Source: a virus
Lineage: Duplodnaviria > Heunggongvirae > Uroviricota > Caudoviricetes
IMG/VR virus record: IMGVR_UViG_3300021066_000001
Direction: 5' to 3' (one strand)
DNA length: 64,000 bases
The notes beneath the pieces were generated by a model. It was not told the origin of the DNA. It worked only from the letters and a program-made list of their open reading frames with translations, and did no database searches. Made by a program: the position numbers and the translations under genes. Below, in pieces: positions 8,861 to 17,512 of this stretch. Position 1 is the stretch's first letter, and each line of letters starts with the position of its first letter.

Positions 8861-9574
8861 TTAGGTGAGGAGAGCCGAGAGGCTCGCCTTCTCGCCCTCG
8901 AGCTCGCTCTTGACGTGCTCGACGGTCAGCTCGAAGCGAGCCGCGACAGCGCGGATCTCGGCTTCGGCGGCGTCGGCCTCGGCGCTGAGCTCGTTGATCT
9001 TGGCCGCGCTCTCACTGATCTGGTTCTCGAGCGACATGATCTCGCCGCGCAGCTGCTCGATGCGCTTCAGGGATGTCTCGTTGGCGGCCTTGAGCCTCGT
9101 CGCTTCGGTGCGAGAGGTCCCCGACTTGGCCGCGATCTCGCTCTCGGTCTTGGCGGTGAACCTGCGCGCCTCTGCGACGAGGTCCATCAGGTGGATGTCG
9201 ATCGCCTTGACGATGTCCGACGACGAGCGTTGGCTCGTGGCGAAGGCCGCCTTGATGCGCGTTGACTTGTCGGGGATGACGTTGACCAGGAGGTTGGACT
9301 TTTCCTGGAGATCGGTGTAAGCCGAGGCGCGCTTCGCGATCATCTTTTGAAGCGCTTCATACATCTCCGGGTCGTAACCGACCGCGACGCGGGCGGGAGC
9401 GGTACCTCCGGGGGCGGTTGCGACTGGCTTCGTCGGCGCCGGCTTGGGCGCTTGCTTGTCATCGGGAAGCTCGACGAGCACGCCGGCCGCGGCCCGTCCG
9501 AGTGACTTCAAACCACCGAAGAAGCCAGAGTTGTCATCGGCCATGTGAGCTTGTTTCTCCTTTCGCGCTCGCAC
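8861..9574 (-). CDS. Coiled-coil protein, unknown function
   Basis: ORF track; Ala/Glu-rich heptad composition. Confidence 0.5.
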   Translation of the reverse strand: MRARKEKQAHMADDNSGFFGGLKSLGRAAAGVLVELPDDKQAPKPAPTKPVATAPGGTAPARVAVGYDPEMYEALQKMIAKRASAYTDLQEKSNLLVNVIPDKSTRIKAAFATSQRSSSDIVKAIDIHLMDLVAEARRFTAKTESEIAAKSGTSRTEATRLKAANETSLKRIEQLRGEIMSLENQISESAAKINELSAEADAAEAEIRAVAARFELTVEHVKSELEGEKASLSALLT

Positions 9575-9612
9575 TTTGGTGAAGGCAGCGAGCTTTCCTC
9601 AAGTTCTAGGAA

Positions 9613-9642
9613 GTTATATCATCTTTCCAAGAACAAGTAAAC
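9613..9642 (-). promoter_or_regulatory. T4-early-like promoter GTTTAC-N18-TATAAC
   Basis: minus strand GTTTAC 9642..9637, TATAAC 9618..9613, ~38 nt ahead of the ATG at 9574. Confidence 0.4.
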
Positions 9643-9663
9643 TCACATGGCACAAATTTTAGC

Positions 9664-10548
9664 TTAGACCGCCACCTCAAGCTTCACGAACGGATGAGAT
9701 CTGTATCCGACGATGTCGAAGTCCTCGGGCTTGTAGCCGTCGATGTCAGTGTTGTCGGTCAAGATGTCTAGACCGGTCGGACAGTCGATCGGTGCTCTGT
9801 CAGGAGAGCTTAAGATCTCCCTCATCTTCTCGACGTGGTTGAGATAGATGTGGGCGTCGCCGTAGTTGATCTTGAGATGCCGCGGCTTCAAGCTGGTCGC
9901 TCGAGCGAGGAGATGAGTGAGCAATGCGTACTGCGCGATGTTGAACGGGCCGCCCAGGCAAGTGTCCCACGACCGGATCGCCATCATCAGGTCGAGGTGA
10001 CCGTCGTTCGAGACGTAGCACTGGAAGTCACGATGACAGGGCGGCAGCCCCATCTTCTCGACGTAGGCCGGGTTCCACGCGGACACGATCAAGCGACGAT
10101 CACGAGGTCTCGTCTTGATGCGCTCGATCAAGTTCTTGATCTGGTCGATCGGCGGCTCGAAGACGACCGTGCGACCAGGCTCACGCGTCAGGATCGAGTG
10201 GTGCTTGAACCGGTCCTCGCCGAACGCCTCGTAAGCTGCACCCGGCCAACGACGCCACTGCACGCCGTAAACCGGACCCAAACTTCCGTCTGGCTTCGCC
10301 CATTGATCCCAGATATGAACGCCGTGGTCATGCAGGTACTTGATGTTAGGCTCGCCGCGGAGAAACCAGAGCATCTCGATGAACGCATGCTTCCACAGCG
10401 TCTTCTTGATCGTGACGAGCGGAAAGCGCTGACGAAGATCGAAGGAGAGTTGGCCGCCGAAGATCGAGAGAGTGCCGACTCCGGTACGATCCTCGCGGCG
10501 CTCTCCCTCGGAGAGAATCTTGTTGAGCAAGTCTACGTATTGTTTCAC
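9664..10548 (-). CDS. thyA: Thymidylate synthase (ThyA family; dUMP hydroxymethylase cannot be excluded)
   Basis: RRLIVSAWNP, LPPCH catalytic Cys, FQCYV, GGPFNIAQYALL (Asn = uracil-type specificity), GDAHIY; ~30-aa C-terminal extension. Confidence 0.85.
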   Translation of the reverse strand: MKQYVDLLNKILSEGERREDRTGVGTLSIFGGQLSFDLRQRFPLVTIKKTLWKHAFIEMLWFLRGEPNIKYLHDHGVHIWDQWAKPDGSLGPVYGVQWRRWPGAAYEAFGEDRFKHHSILTREPGRTVVFEPPIDQIKNLIERIKTRPRDRRLIVSAWNPAYVEKMGLPPCHRDFQCYVSNDGHLDLMMAIRSWDTCLGGPFNIAQYALLTHLLARATSLKPRHLKINYGDAHIYLNHVEKMREILSSPDRAPIDCPTGLDILTDNTDIDGYKPEDFDIVGYRSHPFVKLEVAV

Positions 10549-11171
10549 GGACGCCTCTTGAAGGTAAGGTATGGGGTCACCGCCCCGGTGTGAAAGAAGA
10601 CCTCATACTCGGGGATGTCTTCACCGACGTTGAGGAGATCAAACTGATCTGAGTAAACAGTCGCTTCGAACTTGAGGCTCGCGTAGTCATACTCGACCTT
10701 CATCGGAATCGCGTGCTGCCAGAGAAGTCGAACCATCCCCGGACTGTGGTCGAGCACACCTCGGTCGTAGCTGATCTTGCCGTAGCGACGATCTAATTTT
10801 TGCGTTGATTGAGCTGCTTGAGCCTGCAAGTGTCCGCCGGTGCTCGTGCTAGTGATGATCAAGCTTGGATTGGCGGTCGTGCTCGTAGAACCGCTAGCTC
10901 CAGATGAGCCTCCGCCCGCTGCCCCGGTGATGATCGATCCGTTGGCCGACGAGCCGCCAGAGCCCCCGGCCGCTGCGCTGTAGTTGTAGATGATGATCTG
11001 ACTCGGCGACAGCGTCGCGCTTCCCACGATGGTGACGGCAGGATTCACGTCGGTGGCAACGAACTCGGCCTTGTCCTCGGCTGGAGTCGCAGCTTGAGGC
11101 TGGCTCTGGTCGCCAAAGACGTCTCGCCGCATCGCGTCGATCTCGACGAGGAGCTCCGAGAGTGACGCCAT
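10545..11171 (-). CDS. Hypothetical Gly/Ser-rich protein
   Basis: ORF track, start trimmed to the ATG abutting the upstream stop; low-complexity GGSGGSS middle. Confidence 0.4.
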   Translation of the reverse strand: MASLSELLVEIDAMRRDVFGDQSQPQAATPAEDKAEFVATDVNPAVTIVGSATLSPSQIIIYNYSAAAGGSGGSSANGSIITGAAGGGSSGASGSTSTTANPSLIITSTSTGGHLQAQAAQSTQKLDRRYGKISYDRGVLDHSPGMVRLLWQHAIPMKVEYDYASLKFEATVYSDQFDLLNVGEDIPEYEVFFHTGAVTPYLTFKRRP

Positions 11172-11836
11172 CAGGCCGCCCCCAGGTACTTCTGAACGAG
11201 CTCCTCGGTGCGCGGCGGAATCCACCCAGCTGGCTTGCGTACGTCCCAGGTCGAGCCGCGCTTGGAGTCCGCCGCGTTAAGCACTCGCTCCTTCGCCATG
11301 TTAGCTCGTTGCACGTCAGTCCACAGCTCATTCCACTGGATGAGGGTGAAACCCATCCGGTAAGCACCGTACAGGCAATTTTGATAGAGGGAGACGAGCG
11401 CGTTCTTGACCCCAACCTCGTGGTTCGAGATGAACGCTAGGATGTAGTCGTCGATGTTCTTCCGCAGCACCCGGTGAAAGATCTGGTGATTCTCAGGGGT
11501 GAGCAGGTGGGGCTTGAGCCCGGTAAACTTGTCGGCCTCTTGGGACGAGAAGAGCATCTCCTCAGGCGTCCCTGCCTCGACGAGCTTGTTGAACTCGGGA
11601 ACGTCGATTCCGTGAAGGAGGGCACAACCGCAGGTGATGTAGACCAGGTCGATCAGCGAGTCGATCGCTGTCGCTAGATCTTGACGCATGTACGCGTCGA
11701 CGTACTCCTCAAGCTCCTCGTGGAAGAACTTGACTCGAAACTCGAAGAGACCTTGCTCGAGCTTCGTGAAGTGAGGAGGGGTTACGAGCGCGAACTTGTC
11801 GTGAAAGTCGCGTACATCCTGACAGTAGTTGACCAT
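11171..11836 (-). CDS. All-alpha NTP pyrophosphohydrolase (MazG/dimeric dUTPase-like)
   Basis: FFHEELEEYVDAYMRQDLATAIDSLIDL matches the EExxE...ExxD metal-binding pattern. Confidence 0.45.
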   Translation of the reverse strand: MVNYCQDVRDFHDKFALVTPPHFTKLEQGLFEFRVKFFHEELEEYVDAYMRQDLATAIDSLIDLVYITCGCALLHGIDVPEFNKLVEAGTPEEMLFSSQEADKFTGLKPHLLTPENHQIFHRVLRKNIDDYILAFISNHEVGVKNALVSLYQNCLYGAYRMGFTLIQWNELWTDVQRANMAKERVLNAADSKRGSTWDVRKPAGWIPPRTEELVQKYLGAA

Positions 11837-11896
11837 TGAATGCTCCGAAGATAGAGCATTCTAAGCTCCCGGTCAACTAAAGGAAATTTTACCGAG

Positions 11897-12130
11897 TCAG
11901 AAGATTCCCAGATGCTTCAAGAGCAGCATGATCGCGGTGACAGGGAGAACGACCGCCCAGGTCTTCCAGTCTCGCAAGAAGTAGATGAATAGCTCAAACG
12001 ATTGAGTGACGCCGTCAAGCATGATCTGCCGAGTTTCTCTGATCAGCGCCGTGACCGTCAAGAAGCCGATGGTGACGACGAGAATCGTCACCATCAGCCA
12101 CGGGTGGCTCCCGAGAAGCTCGACGATCAC
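11897..12130 (-). CDS. Small membrane protein
   Basis: Two hydrophobic helices. Confidence 0.45.
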   Translation of the reverse strand: MIVELLGSHPWLMVTILVVTIGFLTVTALIRETRQIMLDGVTQSFELFIYFLRDWKTWAVVLPVTAIMLLLKHLGIF

Positions 12131-12786
12131 TAGCGGAGCGAACCCTTGCCGAGCTCGGCGTGCGAGTACTCGAGCGACTCGAAGTCGGTCGAGAGGGTCT
12201 TGGCGAGGTGATCGCGCAGGTGGGCGAGGTCGGCTGCCAGGGTCGGCTGGTCATGCGCGACGATCTTGGCGCGCGCCGTGTTGTAGAAGATCGCGGCGCC
12301 GACGATGACGTCGAAGAGGATCTCGATCTTGCCCGTCACCTTGTTCTTCGCGTACTTCGGCGCCTGGACCGCGCTGTAGCGCCAGCCGCGCACGCCCTTG
12401 ACGCGCGACTTCTCGGCCCAGCGCTTGATGACGTCGCCGATCTCGCCGCGTAGATCGGCGAGATCGTGAGCCGAGGACGCGTTCGTGATCACCTTGAGCT
12501 TGATCGCAGACAGCTCCGGAACAGCGGCCACCGCCGAGTGGATGTTCGGAACGTCGACCGAGCGATAGTTCGCCTTGTTCTCAAAGAGAACGTTGGCCGA
12601 CATGCGCTTCAAGCGCTTGTCGGTGAGCAGAGCGACGATCGCGTCGGTCGCGTTGGGGACGACAAGCTCGGTGAAGTCCGGCTGATTGTCCATCTGACCC
12701 TCCGGGCCGAACGCCGAGGTCGCGACGTCGAAGCCGCGAACGATGAAGGGACGTGCTCTCTTGGACTTCTGGGTGCTGAGGTTCAT
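12130..12786 (-). CDS. Hypothetical protein
   Basis: ORF track, codon-usage consistent. Confidence 0.5.
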   Translation of the reverse strand: MNLSTQKSKRARPFIVRGFDVATSAFGPEGQMDNQPDFTELVVPNATDAIVALLTDKRLKRMSANVLFENKANYRSVDVPNIHSAVAAVPELSAIKLKVITNASSAHDLADLRGEIGDVIKRWAEKSRVKGVRGWRYSAVQAPKYAKNKVTGKIEILFDVIVGAAIFYNTARAKIVAHDQPTLAADLAHLRDHLAKTLSTDFESLEYSHAELGKGSLR

Positions 12787-12812
12787 GGGTATCTCCCGTG
12801 AGAAAAGTGGAA

Positions 12813-14162
12813 TTACTTCGAGTCGAACTCGATGAGGTAGCGCGGCCGCGCTTGCGACAGGCGGTAGACGATCATCTCGTTATTCATCACGCCCGACTTT
12901 TTGGCTTGAGCGTACATCGAGTCGTAGCCGCTGGGCAGCCGGCCAGTCGGGTTGCTGGGCGTGTAGTAGTTGCCCATCGCGACGTCGAAGAGGAACATGA
13001 AGCAGTTGGAGTCGCGGCGGCCGCCGTCCCAGTAGCCGTAGCTGTAGTTGAGGGATTTGGTCGACTGGTCGCTGAAGTAGAGGCCGTCGCCGAACATGCG
13101 GCCGGTGATGTTGATCGAGCCGCCGCTGCGCGGAATGATCAGGCCCGACTTCAGGATCGACAGCACGTTGAAGACGCGCGTGCCGTGCCAGAGGGTCCAG
13201 TTGTTCTTCGCCGCCTGGGCGACCGGGTCATTCTCGAACGCCTTGGAGGCGCCCGGCAGGTCGACCTCGAAGAAGCGCACCGGCTTGAGGTGACGCGACT
13301 CGTGGATGTTGTTCGCGCTCTCGCGGAACATCTTGATGATGCGATCGATCATCTTGCCGTCCGTGAGGACCTTGATCTCGGAGTCGAAGACGTTCGGCAT
13401 GTCGGCGATCGACTTGTCGGCCGCGATCGCGCTCTTCGCCCTAGACTCGGCGAGGTCGGCCGAAGCTTCCATCTGGTCCAGCATCGTGTTCTGGCGCTGG
13501 AGGGCGTTCATGTCGGGGATGAAGGCGCGGTGCCAGCCGCGCGAGTGGCCGACCTTTTGCGGCACCTTGCGGAGATAGGCGCCCAGCTTGTTCATGAAGG
13601 CAGGGTTGTCGAAGTCACCGCGCTGGACGTAGACCGCGAGGTCCTGGAGGATCGTGCGAGCGTCGATGATCGAAACCTTGCCGATCACGCCGACGGCCGA
13701 CGAGATCACGCCCGTCTTCAGGTCGATGTCGATCATGCCACCGGACGAGGCGATCAGCTCATGCTTGTTCGCCTTGACGAGCCGCTCGACGAGGTCATGG
13801 AGAACAGGGTCAGCGGCCTTGACGAGCTGTGACTTGGCCGCCTCGACCAGGACGACCTGGCTCTTGACCGGACCGGTGGGCCCGGTCGGTTGGCGCTCAG
13901 CGATGACGTTGACGATCTCGTAGCCCTTGAGGAGCTTCTCGGCGATCTTGCCGGCGAGGTTGAGTTGCTTCGGGGGCTCGACGTTCAGCGTGTCACGGCC
14001 GACGCGGCCGTACTTGACGATGATGCCGGCGGGGTCCTTGACGAACTCCCAGACCTTGTTATTGTTGTTCTCGGGGTCAGTGCAGACGAACTTTGCGGTG
14101 TCGAGCTGTGCGTATTGTGCGGCGAGCTTTTTTGCGGCTTCTTTATCGAGTTGGACGACCAT
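12813..14162 (-). CDS. PARP-family ADP-ribosyltransferase with N-terminal WGR domain
   Basis: WGR-like KVWEF...KYGRVG; catalytic H-Y-E signature: TLWHGT (His-Gly-Thr), GRMFGDGLYFSDQSTKSLNYSY (Tyr), NEMIVY...YLIEF (Glu). T4-late-like TATAAATAG 53 nt upstream. Confidence 0.7.
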   Translation of the reverse strand: MVVQLDKEAAKKLAAQYAQLDTAKFVCTDPENNNNKVWEFVKDPAGIIVKYGRVGRDTLNVEPPKQLNLAGKIAEKLLKGYEIVNVIAERQPTGPTGPVKSQVVLVEAAKSQLVKAADPVLHDLVERLVKANKHELIASSGGMIDIDLKTGVISSAVGVIGKVSIIDARTILQDLAVYVQRGDFDNPAFMNKLGAYLRKVPQKVGHSRGWHRAFIPDMNALQRQNTMLDQMEASADLAESRAKSAIAADKSIADMPNVFDSEIKVLTDGKMIDRIIKMFRESANNIHESRHLKPVRFFEVDLPGASKAFENDPVAQAAKNNWTLWHGTRVFNVLSILKSGLIIPRSGGSINITGRMFGDGLYFSDQSTKSLNYSYGYWDGGRRDSNCFMFLFDVAMGNYYTPSNPTGRLPSGYDSMYAQAKKSGVMNNEMIVYRLSQARPRYLIEFDSK

Positions 14163-14214
14163 GATTTCCTCTTATCGCGATTATGATGGATGCCCTAAGT
14201 TCTAGGTGCACAAT

Positions 14215-14223
14215 CTATTTATA
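14215..14223 (-). promoter_or_regulatory. T4-late-type promoter TATAAATAG (the TAG doubles as the stop of the upstream small gene)
   Basis: Exact TATAAATA on the minus strand, 53 nt before the PARP-like gene ATG; AGAGGAAA SD follows. Confidence 0.5.
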
Positions 14224-14418
14224 GGAAGAGATCAATCTCAATTCGGGGCGGCGCTTGCGGGGAGAGGGCGGTGTAGCCGAGCGCTCTCCGTCGCTGAAGC
14301 CGAACTTGTAGAAGAACACCGCGAAGCTCAGGTAAGCCGCGCCCATGAGTCCAAACGCGATGTAAAGGGCGTCATCACCGCGGAACGGAGCCAGGTAGAG
14401 AGCGGTGCACACCGCCAT
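14215..14418 (-). CDS. Small membrane protein (67 aa)
   Basis: Trimmed from ORF 14215..14649 to the ATG before the hydrophobic C-terminal half; the upstream part overlaps a better ORF in another frame. Confidence 0.35.
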   Translation of the reverse strand: MAVCTALYLAPFRGDDALYIAFGLMGAAYLSFAVFFYKFGFSDGERSATPPSPRKRRPELRLISSYK

Positions 14419-14476
14419 GATTCCGAGCGACGGCAGCCGCAGAGGAGCATGAGCATCGTAACGAGGAAGGAGGGCT

Positions 14477-14788
14477 TCACCGGTTGTACCAGAGGACGTG
14501 GGTCGCCCACTCGGGGGCAAATTGCTCTCCAGAGAGAATCTTGGAGGGTTTGATCCAGTTTGTGATGTCGCTGTAGACGACATGTGTAGCTGTTGCCCAG
14601 TCGCCCATTCCGTCATAATCGATGAAACCGCCTGCTTGGCAGGCCTCAACGAACTCCTCGATCGTCATCAGATCGCCGTTGGAAGCTTGCTTGACGAATC
14701 GCCCCTCATCTTGCTCGACGTCTTCGAACTCGATGAGCTTCGCATTTTCCGGAATCATGAAGGTAATTTTATCACAAAACTCGAGCAA
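14477..14788 (-). CDS. Hypothetical acidic protein
   Basis: ORF track. Confidence 0.5.
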   Translation of the reverse strand: MLEFCDKITFMIPENAKLIEFEDVEQDEGRFVKQASNGDLMTIEEFVEACQAGGFIDYDGMGDWATATHVVYSDITNWIKPSKILSGEQFAPEWATHVLWYNR

Positions 14789-14807
14789 AGAACACGAAAG
14801 TGAGAGC

Positions 14808-15119
14808 TTATTGCATTAATCTGGCGATCTCGAGGGCATGTTTCACGGTGATCATCTCGCTTCCCATCTTTTTATCGATGGTCCTGATGAACTCGCGCGC
14901 CCACGGCGGTAACGCCATCGTCGTCTTGTAAGGACGAGATCCGAAGCCCCAGTTTACCCCACTACCTCCTACTCTCACTCGCTGTACGCGAAACTTTCTC
15001 GTGAGATAAACCGCGATGGGACACATCGCGCAATTGTTCGCCTTCGCGAACAGCTCGTAGGGATTGCGCTTCGCCTTGTTCTCGAGCCAAGCTTGAAACT
15101 CGCTCTTGATTAATCTCAC
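14808..15119 (-). CDS. Hypothetical protein
   Basis: ORF track. Confidence 0.45.
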   Translation of the reverse strand: MRLIKSEFQAWLENKAKRNPYELFAKANNCAMCPIAVYLTRKFRVQRVRVGGSGVNWGFGSRPYKTTMALPPWAREFIRTIDKKMGSEMITVKHALEIARLMQ

Positions 15120-15310
15120 GCTCCCTCCAGCGTCGCGTTGTGAAGCTCGACGATCCTGCGGCCGACCTTGTAGCCGACGTTAAAGGCAACGGCCCCGTAC
15201 GCTTCGATGTCCTTACGGTGCTCGAGCAAGACGTGAAACTTCTCCTCGGTGTAGATCGAGCCGTCGATCACCTGCCAGCGCACCTTCGTGACGTCCTTGA
15301 GCGCTCTCAC
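15116..15310 (-). CDS. Hypothetical small protein
   Basis: ORF track; 4-nt overlaps. Confidence 0.4.
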   Translation of the reverse strand: MRALKDVTKVRWQVIDGSIYTEEKFHVLLEHRKDIEAYGAVAFNVGYKVGRRIVELHNATLEGA

Positions 15311-15954
15311 GTCGCCGCCTGAACGAAGGCCTGGAGCAAGCTCTCCTCGATCACGTCAGGTCGTTGGTAGAGGCTCGATGCGACAAGGATGAACTCGAGG
15401 AGCGGCTTGAACGTCCCGACGTTCTCGGCGGTCATCCCGCTCGCGACGGCGAGCCTCCCGCCGGCGGCCGAGCTCATCCGAGCGATCTTCTCGAAGGTGG
15501 GCGGCTTTCCTGTCCCCGGACCGCTAGTGGTCGGGATGAAGCCGAGCTTGACCGCGTTCTCGGCCGCCTTCTCGGGATCGCTCTCTGGGGCTTGATACTT
15601 GAAGGCGGTCGCGGCGAAGACGAAGCCACCGAAGTACTCTCGCGAGTTGGCGAGCTCTTGCTGCTCCGCGGTCGGTCCCGCCGACGAGAGCTGCTGGTCG
15701 AACCAGAGCATGTCGAGCTCGTGGCTGAGCATCTGAACGTAGGCGATGTTCTCTGGCACCGAGAGCAGGTTGACGCCGACCTTCAACTTCGGGTGAGCGC
15801 GCTTGACCTTGACGGCAGCCTTGAGAAGCTTGATGTCCTGGTTCGCGTGGGAGATTAGAAACGTGCCGTAGCAGCCAGCGGCCGCGATCTTGGCGGCCTC
15901 CTGGAGGGCGTGACGATCGTCGTGAAAGTGGATGACCGGGCAGATCTTGCTCAT
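15307..15954 (-). CDS. Hypothetical protein, possibly a TIM-barrel (BtpA/SgcQ-like?) enzyme
   Basis: Start trimmed to the ATG overlapping the upstream stop (ATGA); weak resemblance only. Confidence 0.3.
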   Translation of the reverse strand: MSKICPVIHFHDDRHALQEAAKIAAAGCYGTFLISHANQDIKLLKAAVKVKRAHPKLKVGVNLLSVPENIAYVQMLSHELDMLWFDQQLSSAGPTAEQQELANSREYFGGFVFAATAFKYQAPESDPEKAAENAVKLGFIPTTSGPGTGKPPTFEKIARMSSAAGGRLAVASGMTAENVGTFKPLLEFILVASSLYQRPDVIEESLLQAFVQAAT

Positions 15955-16760
15955 CCGAGGTGCTTCTCCCTCATGCGCTCGAGAGTAACTTGTGCGCCTC
16001 GCGGAGGGATTGCTCCGAAGACGACCTCTCGGTAGGTGCGCAGGTAGCTGATGGCTTGTGCTTGGGTCCAAGCGTGGATCACGTAGTAGAAGGCTCCCTC
16101 TTGCTGGGTGTCAGGGACATCCTTGAACGCGGAGGAGAGCTTCTTCACCTGTTCCTTCTCGAGGCCGATGAAGCAGAGCTCCCAGACTCGCTTGCGCCGC
16201 CGGATCTCAAGCTTGATCTGCTCGCCGCGAGAGTTGAGGCGAGGACTCATCGGCTCGGTGATCGGGATGATCTCAAACCAGGACACCCGCACGTCGTCAT
16301 AGCGAGCGTGCGGTGGCCAGTACCGATTCGGAACCTCTCTCAGGTCGTAATCGACGTAGCCCTCGGAGGATCTGTCACCGCGGCTTGGCACCTCGAAGAA
16401 CATCCACGCGAGGGACAGCCAATCGATGACGCGCTCTCGCTCCGTGAAGTTGCGAAGTCGTCCCATGCATCCCCGGTGCACGTGCTGTCGGGTCTCGCGA
16501 TCATAGACCTGGTCGTCGAGAGACTCCGACGAGTTGACCCACCGCTGGCCGCAGAGCGGACACTTTTGTCCGACCAGATTGGCGCCCATGCGCCATGCCA
16601 CCAACTCTCCGTCCTCGCTGAGAACGCCGATCATGAACTGGTTGAACTCGTCGTAGCCGGTGAGCTGGTCGTGCGTCACCGGACGCTTGATGAATCCTCT
16701 CACCTGAGCCATCAGCTTCGAGCTCATGCCCAGATCCTCATGAAGATGTCGGCGGTCCAC
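15951..16760 (-). CDS. Hypothetical protein with CxxC...HxxC zinc-binding motif
   Basis: ORF track; CPLCGQRW...HVHRGC. Confidence 0.45.
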   Translation of the reverse strand: MDRRHLHEDLGMSSKLMAQVRGFIKRPVTHDQLTGYDEFNQFMIGVLSEDGELVAWRMGANLVGQKCPLCGQRWVNSSESLDDQVYDRETRQHVHRGCMGRLRNFTERERVIDWLSLAWMFFEVPSRGDRSSEGYVDYDLREVPNRYWPPHARYDDVRVSWFEIIPITEPMSPRLNSRGEQIKLEIRRRKRVWELCFIGLEKEQVKKLSSAFKDVPDTQQEGAFYYVIHAWTQAQAISYLRTYREVVFGAIPPRGAQVTLERMREKHLG

Positions 16761-17512
16761 CCGTTGACGATGTCCGAAACCTGTCCGTCGCCGAGCTCGA
16801 TGAGGCGCCAGCCGCCGTCGACGCGCTGAGCGACGTCGAGCGAGAAGAACTTGCTGCGGACCTCGGGAATGATGTCGTAGACAAACATCGGCACAGGCAC
16901 GTCACCGAGCGAAAACAGCGTCCCGTTCAAGATGAAGTAGCGACGCTCGCTACCAGCAACATACTCTTCGGCGCGTCGAAAGGTAATTCCTCCCTCGAGC
17001 TCGCGGTACTGGCGCATCGCCCTGATGATCTCCGTCACCTTCTCTGGAGAGTCGGCGATCGAGCCTGGAGCCGTCTTGAGGGACTTGACGTAGTCCTTGA
17101 TGAAGATCTCGCCCCAGCCGAGCTTGGCGAACTCGGCGGCGTGGTCATCGTTGAGGTTGTAAAACCGCGACTCGGTGGTGTACTGCTGGATCACCGGGTT
17201 GTGGTACCACCCGTAGATCCAGTGAGTGCGGGCGTACTCGTCGACCTGAGTGAGCGGTGTGGCGCCGCGTGAGAGGATCGCGTCAACGAGCTGTCCGTAC
17301 TGCGGCACCGTAAGCATCCATCCCCGATAGACGACGGTCGCCTCCTCGGGGATCTTGCCGATTCCCTTGAAGGTGTACGAGCGCTGAAGCTCGTCGAGGT
17401 CGAAGAGCGACGCTGAGAAGCCCATGCTGAGGGCGAGCGCATGCTGATCCGCGACGAGCTCGTCGGGTTTCTTCCTGCCGAGCGGGTCGCAAGGAAAGAG
17501 GAAGTGAATCAC
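16724..17512 (-). CDS. ATP-grasp fold protein
   Basis: Length and motif pattern (IFIKDYVKS...GSIADSPEK...RRYFILNGTLF...RLIELGDGQVSD) are consistent with phage ATP-grasp/DUF4343 proteins. Confidence 0.45.
   Translation of the reverse strand: MIHFLFPCDPLGRKKPDELVADQHALALSMGFSASLFDLDELQRSYTFKGIGKIPEEATVVYRGWMLTVPQYGQLVDAILSRGATPLTQVDEYARTHWIYGWYHNPVIQQYTTESRFYNLNDDHAAEFAKLGWGEIFIKDYVKSLKTAPGSIADSPEKVTEIIRAMRQYRELEGGITFRRAEEYVAGSERRYFILNGTLFSLGDVPVPMFVYDIIPEVRSKFFSLDVAQRVDGGWRLIELGDGQVSDIVNGWTADIFMRIWA

Noticed and set aside
9664-10548. Calling the ThyA homolog a dUMP hydroxymethylase (hm-dU pathway) instead of thymidylate synthase
   Set aside because: The active-site Asn (FNIAQY) is shared by both enzymes and there is no other hm-dU pathway signature (no aGPT-Pplase-like gene seen), so it stays a ThyA call with the caveat.
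12798-13832. 344-aa plus-strand ORF antisense to the PARP-like gene
   Set aside because: Same high-GC antisense artefact; the minus-strand frame carries the PARP catalytic motifs.
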